Assembly: GCF_004010195.1 (NCBI RefSeq) | Contig: NC_057720.1 | Coordinates: 36,700,334 to 36,764,333, forward strand | Direction: 5' to 3' | From: Chiloscyllium plagiosum | Lineage: Eukaryota | Length of the DNA: 64,000 nucleotides | Shown: positions 47,457 to 58,300 of the stretch, piece by piece | How positions within the stretch are numbered: position 1 is the first letter of the stretch | How the letters are laid out: every line of letters begins with the position of its first letter | The notes under the pieces: model-generated | What the model saw: only the letters and a program-made list of their open reading frames with translations | The model's database searches: none | What the model was told of the DNA's origin: nothing | Made by a program: the position numbers and the translations under genes

Positions 47457-49719
47457 CTGAAAATAAAGCACATGGGAGAGGAAATCACCATCTGAAGTGG
47501 TCACATGCTGGGCTCATTTCCATCTATAAAACTTCTAAGTCTAAAATACTACTAGATTGAACATTATTCAACAAAAAGCTAAATCTGACCATGAGAATAA
47601 ATCTTTTTAACTAGCATAGTTATTTCTACAAATAGCTCTCTCAGCACACTACTTTCAAAGTTACAATCCAATCACTTCAATTAGTTATTAAAATACATAT
47701 GACAACATCAAGGGACAAGAATCTTATGCAACTTTTCAGAACTTACGACTCTCCAAATGCATCCAAATAAATGAGTGGAGGTCATTAGAAAACCAAATCA
47801 GATCAGTAAAAAGCAGATATAGCCTTTACACAGAAATCCTGAGGGACATTAAACAGTTTATACAGCTAGGAATATAGTGACTGTGGCAAAGGCATGTGGG
47901 TCCTGTACAATAATAAATTGGCTGAAATAAGAAAACAGTTGTACAGGGCTAGTAACAGTAAGATGTGAATTATAATAAGAATATATCGTGTGACACTGAG
48001 TCAGTCACCAATCATGCTTCTAATGAATTTGTTAAATAATGCAAAATGAAACTTCTGTCCCCAATTCAAAAAGCTGAAAGCAGTTCCTAACCTTTCCAAA
48101 GAAACTTATTTTTCTGAAATTAGATTCTTGGCACTGCTGGGCAGTATGGATACCCCAGAATTCTTCCAAAACAGGCTCAAGGCTATATATTAAAATGTAA
48201 ATTATCTAAGAACACAAACTGTCACTCTAGATGGAGGAGATACTGAAAAGAAATGCAAAAACAGGTAAATTATGAAACCATGCCCTAGAATCAAGGAACA
48301 TAATTTTTCTATCAAGTATATTTTTGCTCAGTGCCGCAACCCAAATAGGTTCTCTTTTATTCATTCATGTCATTGCTGGCTGAGCAAGTATTTACTCCCA
48401 TCCCTAGTTGGCCTCAAGAAGGTGGTGGTGACCTGCCTTCTTGAACCTCTGCGGTCCATGTGCTGTAGGGTAGATGCCATTAGGTAGGGAATTCCATGAG
48501 TTTGACCCAATGGCAGCTAAGGAAAGGTGTAATATTTCCAAGTCAGAATGGTTTGGACAACACGTTGCAGGTTAGGGTGTTCTCATCTATCTGCTGCCCT
48601 TGTCCTTGGAAGTGGAAGTGGTTATGGGTTTGACGGGTGCTGTGTCAACATCTTTGGCAAATTTCTGCAGTGCATCTTGTAGACAGTACACACTGCCTAG
48701 AACCAGATATAGGCTGTTCAGCCTCTTGAAACTATTGAGCTATTTAGTTACATCATGACTGATCTGTACCTAGCACCATTATGTGCTTTTGCTCCACATT
48801 TTTTGTTAACATAGAGAAAACCCATCCTTTCCTTTTGGTTAAACAGTCTGAGTGTACAATGAAAGCAAATCAGACTATTTCATGGCAGTCCATCATCTAT
48901 AATGCCATCAGACAATGACAGTATCAAGATCAGAAAAGCATCATTAATAGGATAAAATACTTAAGTTAGGAATTTAAGAACAGTAACAGATCATTCATTT
49001 ATTAAGATTAGGAACACTGAACCATATCTGACACGACAGTAGATTAAGAGCAATATGCACGAATAGTGACAGATGGTGATGTTACTAGACTTGTGATTCA
49101 GAGGTCTGAGCAATGCTCAACGACAAGAGTTCAAATCCCACCATTACAGCTGCGAGAACGTAAATTCAATTGTTAAATAAATCTAAAACAAAGTGAGCTA
49201 GCCCAAGCAATTGTGACTATGAAACCAGTTCGCTGGCTCATGACTGACATTTTAGGGAAAGAAACCTGTTCTTCTTACACTGTTTAGCTGACGTGAGAGT
49301 CCAGACCCACAGCAATACGAATGATTTTTCGCAACCTTCTGAAATGGCTTCGAAACCACTTAGGTAAAATCCAGAAAGAGTAAAACAGAATGGATCTCCT
49401 GGCATGGAAACAACAAAAAAACATATCCGGCTCAGATGTTCTTGCAGAGCTCTCCTTATTAACATCTGGGCACTTAGCCCCAGGTTTCTCAAGCATCAGC
49501 CTAATACACAATCATACCTTGCAGCCAATGTCTCAAACTATTCTAATCAGTAGAAGAGCAATTAGAATGGTGGCACAGTGGTATACATTCAGGAGGGAGT
49601 GATCCTCAGAGACTTTAACAAAGATGCTACGCCTCACAAATTCTCATGGGTCATGGCTTGACTTCATATATAGGTAACAAATTCTCCCCTTGATTACCAC
49701 CTGCAATCTTGTATCATCA

Positions 49720-50910
49720 TTTTAAACCTGGTTGTGGGGGGGCAGAGTTTTTAGAACCAATAATCCAGAACAAAATTAACAGTCACTTGGACAAATGTAG
49801 ATTAATTAAGAACAGCCTGCACAGATCTGTTAAGAGACTATTAGCATTGATTCAACCAAACTAATGAGGTTTTGGATGAAATAGGGAATATAAAATGTTG
49901 ATGACTGCCATATGGATTTCAAAAAGGTGCGAGTAGTTGCCAAATAATAGGTTTCAGCTTTACTGGCAAGCCTAACAATTAAAAGACACAGCATAGATAG
50001 CAGTTGGCCAAGTGACAAGTTACCAGACTTTCAGAGAACAATTATTTTTCAGTCTGGTGAAAGTTATACAGTGGAACTACCCAGGGCCACTGTTTTTCAT
50101 GATTTAAAACCTGAGTGCACACGCAAAATTTCAAAATTGCAGAGGTCACAAAACTTACAAATGTTATGAACAGAGGGTATAATAATTAGAGTTATAAAGA
50201 GCATTGACAGGGTGCTGCAATACAGAGGTACATGGCAGATGAAATTTAACACACGCATGCATTGATGTATCTATCTAGAAAGAATGAAGAGAGACAATGA
50301 CAAATTTTAACGGGGTTGCAAGAACAGAGACCTGGAGCATATATGCACAAATTATTGAAAAGCAAAAGTAGTTATGATGAACCTTTATCAAAGATTGGTC
50401 CAACGTCAAATGGAGTATTGTATCCAATTCGGGGCATCTCACTTTAGGAAGGATGTGAAGACTTTAAAGACAGCGCAGAAAAAAAAAAAATCAGTTACAT
50501 GGAGAAACTGGAGGGCTGGGATGTTCTCCTTAGGAGAGAAGCTTGAGAGAAGATTTGATAGAGACGTTCAAAATCATGAGGGCTCTAGATAGAGTAGACA
50601 AAGAGAAACAGTTTTCATTTGGTAGGAGGTCAAGAAGCAGAGGACATTGATTAAGGTGTTGACGAAACAACCAAGAACAGAGTGAGGAAAAATATTTTCA
50701 CACTCAGGTGGTCAGATATGTACTGTCTGTGATAAAGTGAATTCAATTGTGATTTTATAAAAAGAATTGGATACCCATTTGATGAGAACGTATTTGCATG
50801 GTTGCAGGGAGAAGGTGCAGAAAACAGAACAGATAAAACCGTTCTTAAAGAAAGCTAGCCAGAAGTCATGGGTCAAGCAGCTTTCTGCACTGTGATAATT
50901 TTATAATTCT
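49720..50910 (+). mobile_element. Old CR1 LINE, heavily decayed
   Basis: MDFKK, MEYCIQF...HFRKDV and a CR1-type 3' UTR in collinear order. Confidence 0.65.
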
Positions 50911-51354
50911 AAGAATCAGTACTTCACTTTTAAGCATCACTTAGAAAACGCAAGGAAGATACGGTATATAAATGCCGTAATCAACACAGGAGATTTGACA
51001 AGAGAGAGAAAAACAAGGATGAGAGAGAGTACCACATGCTGACCATTCACAAAATATTAAAACACATTAAAGAGCCTACAGAGGCAAGGAATGGTCCATG
51101 ATTGTTCTCCAACAACCTCAGCTTGCTCACGATGTTGAGCAAAACTAGAAGCAATGGAATTATTCCTAGAATTTTCACGATTATTTTATCTGAAAATTTC
51201 AACTATCCATTCTTGTCCAAACGAATTGCAAATGCACTTCAAAACATGGCAGGGAAAATGACAGCTTATAGTTACAGAGAGAAATAGGCCATACAGCCTT
51301 TGATAACTTATTATGATCATGACAGATCATCCAACTCATTTAGGTGGAAGTGGG

Positions 51355-51540
51355 TACTGCAAATGCTGGAGATCAGAGTCAAGATTAGAGTGGTGCTGGA
51401 AAAGCACAACAGGTCAGGCAGCATCCAAGGAGCTGGAAAAATCGATGTTTCAGGCAAAAGTCCTTCATCGGGAATCAATTTCCTGCTCCTCAGATGATGC
51501 CTGACATGCTGTGCTTTTCCAGTACCACTCTAATCTTGAC
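51355..51540. mobile_element. Penelope-like termini in inverted arrangement
   Basis: 51378-51446 and 51474-51540 are reverse complements with a few mismatches. Confidence 0.8.
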
Positions 51541-51544
51541 ATCC

Positions 51545-52720
51545 AACTCAATTGCCTACTCCTGCTTACCCCGGATATCCTTTGATCTTGTTAGCCCTAG
51601 GTGTTATACCCAACTCCTCCTCGAAACCAAACCATGTTTGGATTTGAATGTTTTCTGTAGTAGCGAATTCCACAAGCTCACCACTCTCTAGGCAAATAAA
51701 TTCTCATCCCTTTCCTAAATGTTTAGCTCACATCCTTAGATTGTGACTCCTGATTCTGGACTCCCGCTGCCAGTAGTGGCCTTCCTGCAACTGCTCTCTC
51801 CAGTCCTGTTTGAATTTTCCAGGTTTCCTGAGATCTTCCTCATTCTTTTAAACTTCAGCTAACTGATTCAACCTCTCCTCATACAATCGGTCTCACCAAT
51901 CAGGATGAGAGTCTGATAAATCTTCGCTGCACTCCCTCTGTAACAAGAGCATCCTTTCTCACATAACAAGACTAAAACTGCGCACACTATATTCCAAGCG
52001 AGGGCTTACCAAAGCTCGAGTGCTATTACAGCAGGACATCTCTGCTCCAGTACTCAAACCTTCTCATATGGCCAACATATCATTTTCCTTCCTGACTGCT
52101 GCAACTGCATGCATACCTTCACCGACTGGGCTCCAAGGAGGCAGAGGTCAAATTGTACATTCCCTTCTCTCAACTTACACATTTAGATTATAAATCTGCC
52201 TTTCTGTTCTTGCCCCCATTGTGGATAACCTCACATTTATCCAGATTCTCCTGTATAGGGCCATGCCTTTAGCCACTCACTCAACTCATTTAAGTCACAT
52301 TGAAGTATCCTCCTCACGGTTCACCCTCCCACTCAGCTTTGCCATCTGCAAATTTTGACAATATTACATTTCTTATCTAAATCACTGGTTTTATGAAAAG
52401 CTGATGATCCCTGCAGCACCCTACTCGTCACTGGCTGCCATTTGGAGAAAATTTTTATTCCAGGTTTTTTGCTTCCTGTATGCTAGCCAGTCTTCTATCC
52501 ATTTCAATACCCTACCCCCAATCTCATATGCTTTAATTTTACAGGCTAATCTCTTATGTGGAACTCTGCCAAAAGTCTTCTGAAAGTCCATGTGAACCAC
52601 ATCCACTGGCTCCCCTTTATCCTCTCTACAATTCACATTTTCAAAGAATTCCAGTAAATTTGTAACTACGAATTCCCTTTTGCAAATTCATGGTGACTCT
52701 GTCCAATCCAGCCGTTGTTT
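51545..52720 (-). mobile_element. Old CR1 LINE
   Basis: Minus ORF 52421-52636 (VDVVHMDFQKTFGRVPH) and a KFADG remnant. Confidence 0.75.
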
Positions 52721-53313
52721 TTCAAAGCAAAGCCAATACCTGGCAAAACTTCCTGTATAACAAAGCTGTAATTCAACATCCAAGATCCAAATGGCTGCGT
52801 AAACCATTTGCCAAATACTTGGATACAGTTTCATTCTCATGATTCAAACTCAGGCACTTTTCACACAATGATATCAAATATACTTGGACATCTTCATGCT
52901 GAGGAATAGAATATGGTCCATGTTGACAGCCAATATAAGCTCAAGTAATCATGAGAATAAGAAAGTTGAAGTTTCTTTTTCAATGGTACAGTGCTCAATC
53001 CCACACCAGGTACTCCCATTGCTAAAAAGTTTTTGATCAATCAAACTGGATAAAAATCACTAAAGGAGATGAATGAAACTGTTGCACTGTATAGCAATCC
53101 AACAGCTTCATGGTTAATTTTATTGCACCAGTCTTTTACTTTCATTTCAATGTAAATTTCAATTAAACTTTAATTCTCAAACGGCACTGGTGGGATATGA
53201 CCATCATTCTCCAAGTTATTGTTGGAAAGCTCAGGATTATTAGACCTCTTTGACACTTTGATTACATTATGCGATGTAACTATGTAATAATATGATGAAA
53301 CTCAGCTACCTAC

Positions 53314-53362
53314 CTCAGTTAAGGCATGCAGTTGGCCTTCATGAACACAAACTCCCATAAAC
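53314..53362 (-). CDS. TESK2: TESK2 internal exon (49 nt)
   Basis: Minus strand TTTACTTTACAG|G-TTTATGGGAGTTTGTGTTCATGAAGGCCAACTGCATGCCTTAACTGAG|GTAGGT = (R)FMGVCVHEGQLHALTE, which splices in frame to the 47456-47310 exon. Not in the ORF track. Confidence 0.93.
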
Positions 53363-54242
53363 CTGTAAAGTAAAAATAAATCATTAACAACTTACCACAT
53401 GCGAACTAAAACTAAAGAGAATTTACAAATTCTATTCAAAAAGTAATCATAAACCTTAAAGCAAGGGTAAACAATAACTTGTAACAATAAGGCACCTAAA
53501 CCTACAAAAACCTCTTATGGTTTTAAAAAGCAGCATAATCTCTGCTGTTTAAAATTTGTTAATTATATACCTTTTTCCAGAACTGAACTCTATTATATTG
53601 TCACTGTGACAAAATTCAATAAAAAACCTAATAAATTCTGTAGGCATGGTGAACCAAAATTCTTCTAAACTAGCATATCATTTAACTCAATGTTACAAAA
53701 AATTAGTTCTTTAACAAACATTCTGAACATCAAATAAATGGGTGATCAGTAAACAAATGATTAGAAGAGAGGTCCACATTATCCTATAAAAATGTACTGT
53801 AGTGGAAACTGCACAGTGATACTAACTTACTGGTATAGCAAAGGCTACGGGTAATCTTGCACATTAATCAGATTGTTCTGGTCCTTTGAAGAAATAATTT
53901 TGAACAAACACAAATTACAGTTAAAACGAAACACTAACTCTGACATGCTAAACTGTAATTCGCCTGATTACATTCAGCAATAAATGCTCGGCATTTAAAT
54001 CTTTGCATTCAAAAAGGTGAGATGCCATTCAACAATGCTCATGTTCAATAGGTAAAAGAAATTGTGAAGCCTTAATTACAACATTGAGCCAGAACACTTC
54101 AAATTAACATGGAACATTGGTATAAAAAAGGTCCAGTCACTGTTAATTACAAAACCTTCAAAAATATAAACAGGCAAGGAACAGAGATATGGACCAAGTG
54201 CAGGCAGATGAGATTAGTTTAGGACTGCATCATGGTCGGCAC

Positions 54243-55050
54243 AGCCACAAGTTTCAGGCAGACCAAAGAGCGTCTTTCACTGAGTTGATCAACTTCCAGG
54301 CACAGTCACAAATATTTGTCCGGTGTACATCCTGGGGAACACGCCATAGAGCACAGAGACTCCTACATCACGGAGTTAGTCTGGGTGAGCTTCAACAAAA
54401 AACACCACCTCTTTCTCCAGACTTTCTTCGCAAAAGCACATTCCAGAAGGAGGTGTGATAGTCTCAACCCCTCCACAGCCACTTCAAGGGCAATCAGACT
54501 GCGCATACAATAAGAATCTCACAGATAGTGCCTTTCTCACCAACAGAAAAGTGGCGCCTTAGTACTGGTTAGAAAGTTCTGGAGAGGAGGCATTCTGCCA
54601 AATGACTTGGACAGTCTGCTCAGGGAATCATGTGACAGGATCCCTCTCTTTTTCTCCGCAGGATTATGAGACCGCTAGGTGCTGACCACTTCCTGATGGA
54701 CTTGTGGTCAAAGTGATTTGGTTTGTAAATTTCTCCACAAGGGACAAGCCAGAACAAGTAGCTGACCTCACACAAGTGTTGCAGACTGGCACATTCCAAG
54801 ACCCAGGTCTATATGTTGAGGACGCACTGAAGTTTGAGGCAGCTGCTGTCTGAGGTCTGCCCGCTGAAGCTAATGGGGGTCCATTTAGTTACTGGACTGT
54901 CCTGGTGCCTCAAATGCATGTAAATATTATCTTGTACAATTAAGAGATGCCTTTGGTTTGTTTGCTGGATAGAGTCAAACTCCAATGTTTGCTTGCTTCC
55001 TTGAAATGCTACTGTTCAGAACTGAACTGCATTTGTGAATATGTGCATAA
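54243..55050. mobile_element. Tx1/L1-clade LINE 3' end with an inverted 5' segment (54243-54748 minus, 54749 to about 55050 plus)
   Basis: Minus strand: FPEQTVQVIWQNASSPELSN...GCGGVETITHLLLECAFAKKVW (zinc knuckle)...INSVKDALWSA. Plus strand: CCRLAHSK...ALKF, then a 3' UTR. Confidence 0.7.
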
Positions 55051-55385
55051 GTTAAATAAGTGAATCAAACCAGCAAATAAGGATGCAGAACAGTACAGTT
55101 CCAAAAGAAATGGGTTTAGCCTGGATTAAAAATTGAATAGGTATAGATTAAACAGAACTAAAGTTAAGCACTAAATGAGATTCAGAATCACAAATCTAAA
55201 TTTATTAAGGAATCTTCAGTCTAGCGTACCAATCATATATAACATCTAAGATGGAAATAATATGCAATACTGCCAGTCTTCCTGACATCACAAAATCTGA
55301 AAAAAGTACCGGCAGGAGCGGGAGAAATGTGTTTTTCATTAACTATAAAATAAGTAATGTTAAGCTCAGAAGACAGAATATAATT

Positions 55386-58300
55386 TTTTTTGCAAATATA
55401 TTAGCAAACTTTTTTAACTTTACAAACATATTAAATTATCGAAAAATACAATAACAAATATCAGTATAATAAAAAGAAAAAACACACAAGTTACAAGACA
55501 ACTACTGTCTACTAACTACTAACCTACCCTATAATACAAAACAAACCCTAACACTGTGCAAAGCAACACCAAAAAAAAAAAAAAGAAAACAAAATACAGA
55601 ACAGCTTATGCTTGGCACAAAGCTCCCAAACGAAGGAACGGGAGCATTGTATATAACTCAGGAGACCCTCTCCAGGGCCCATGGCTGGACAAATCTAACC
55701 ATCCAGGTTAAACAAACACCCTAGTTAAGATAACTGACAAATCTATATCCAAATAACTGAAGTAGGGCTGCCATGTCCTTATAAAAATGGTCTGTTGTGT
55801 GGTGCACCATGTTTGTAAAAAAGTCCAAGGGAATGTGCTCCATAATTAATTTCTGCCATCCCACCAAGCCCGGAGGGTTCTCAGACTCCCAATTCATCAG
55901 AATATTCTTCTGTGCACAGTATGCAAGAATATTTAATACTTTTTTCCCATGCCCATCTAAAGATGGTAAATTCGATAGACCTAACAGGAGAGATATTGGG
56001 TCGACTTTGACTTCAGTCCTCAATACCCTCCCTATCGCTCTCGCCACAGCGCTCCAGTAAACACGGAGCCTGTGGCATGTCTAGAGGCAATGGGTAAGAG
56101 TACCTAGATTTATTTTACATTTGTGGCACACTGAAGATGCCCCTTTTCAAACTTCGTCAGACAGTCTGGTGCCAAATGAGCCCTGTGCAGAAGTTTTAAC
56201 TGCGTAGTGTATGTCCTATTACAGATTGAGATCTTTTGAGTATTTTCCCATATGTTCACCCATGTTTCAGAAGAGATCTCCACTCCTAGCTCTTGCTCCC
56301 AGACCTCACATAACCGGTTAATACCCTGCCAGGCCTTGCCACCCAGCAGGTGATACAGGGCACTAAGCAAAAGGGTGCTTGTGGAACGTAGCAACAACCT
56401 CTCTGTAATCGGGCTTATAGGGCTTAGTGAGAAGCGTAGTCTTCTTCTGGATGAAATCCCTAACCTGAAAAAAAAACAGAAAAGATCTCTGCTGGGCAAC
56501 CTGTATTTGAGGCTCAGTTGCTCAAAAGACATCATAACCTCCCCCTCAAATAAGTCACCCAAACTAGAAACTCCTCTCGCTGCGCATAGTTTGAATCCTG
56601 AGTCCATCATTCTTGGTCAGAACCCTGGCATGCCAACTATAGGCATAAGTGGCGAAGTCTTAGATAAACAACCCTCACTCTGATGCATCGCCCTCCATGC
56701 CTTGACTGTACTAATGACAATGGGGTTCCAGCAGTGGCCCATAACTGTCCTCATCTTATCCATGAGCAACAGGTTAACAAGAGGGCACTTTGCCTGGGAC
56801 GCCTCAATATCCAGCCAAACGGAGTTTGGATCATTACCTACCTAATCACAGACAAAGGACAGCAAAGGAACTCAACTGATACCTCCTGAGGCTGGGAAAT
56901 CAACTCCTCTCCCTCCTTGAGGCAACTGCAATTTAGAAAGTTTGATTAGGGGCCGCCCACAATGCCAGACAAAGGAACCAAACCACCCCACAAGCTTCTG
57001 CAGCGTTGACCTGGGAAACATTATAGGGAGCATACGCATGGAATAAAGCAAACGAGGAAGCACATTCATCTTAGTGAGAGAAATTGGAAGAGCCTCCAAT
57101 CTCTAGAGATCTCGCCTAATATTGTCGAGCAAGTGAGCAAAGTTAGTCTGAAACAACAGATCAAACTTGGGGGTAATAAGAATGCCGAGGTATCAGAACC
57201 CTGCCTGTGACCACTTAAAAAGGAAAGTTAGGGCCACCTCCAACTTCTGGCACATCCTTAAAGTTCCCCAAAGGCATAGCCTCCGATTTTGCAAAGCTAA
57301 TCTTATATCCTGAAATAGCCCCAAATGAATTGATACATTGTATCAAATGGGGTACAGAGGTCATTGGTTTTGATAAAAACAGAAGGACATCATCTGCATA
57401 TAGAGGTTATGTGGGCGTTCTGACGAATGACCTCTGCCAGCGGTTCTATCACCAATGTAAACGACAACGGTGACAGGGGACAGCCTTGTCAACTACCCCT
57501 ACCAATTCCCAGACCACCCCGTTGGTGATGATCGCAGCCAGAGGATGGCGATATAAAACCTCCACCCATCTAGCAAAGACTCGACCCAATCCAAACTGTT
57601 CTAAGATATAAAAAAGATACGGTCATTCCACCTGGTCAAATGCTTTCTCTGCATCTAAGGAAATCACCAACCCCTGAATCGACAAACTTAGACCATATTC
57701 AGCAACTTTCTAATATTATTAGAGGATCAACGGCCTCTTATAAAGCCTGTCCAGGATCTTGGACAGAATCTTAAAATCCGAATTTAATAGAGAGATGGGC
57801 TTGGATGAGGCACAATCCTCAGGAACCTTCCCCTTAAGGATTATGGAAATATTAGCTTCTCTCAAAGATGGTGGTAGGCATTCATGCATATACGAGTGAT
57901 TGTACATCTCCAACATCAGCCCTGACAGAATCCCTATAAACTCCATATAAAACTCACATGGGATACCATCAGGGCCAGGCGCTTTCGCACTCTGAAGTTG
58001 CCTAGCTGCCTTCTGTATTTCCTGAACTGTCAAGGGGGCATTAAGGAGAGAGTCCTGTTCCAAGGTTACCCCTGGGAGGCCCAAGTTCTTAAAAAAGGTC
58101 TCCATTTCAGCCTTCCTGTCCTCGCAACCTTCAGACCGATACATTTCAGAGTAAAAGCTCCGAAAAGCCTCATTAATCATTTTAGCATCGTATGTAAGGA
58201 TTCCGGCGCTGTCTCGGATTGCAGTATTGGATTGGGGAGCAGGCTTTTTCCTAGTCAGGTACACTAAATGCTTCCCTGCCTATCTCCATACTCAAACAGT

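Noticed and set aside
47208..47504. A separate kinase gene (TESK1 or LIMK) on the minus strand
   Set aside because: The peptides and exon boundaries fit consecutive TESK2 exons that complement the plus-strand exon, and no downstream exons of a second gene were found before 38 kb. A paralogue cannot be fully excluded without a search.
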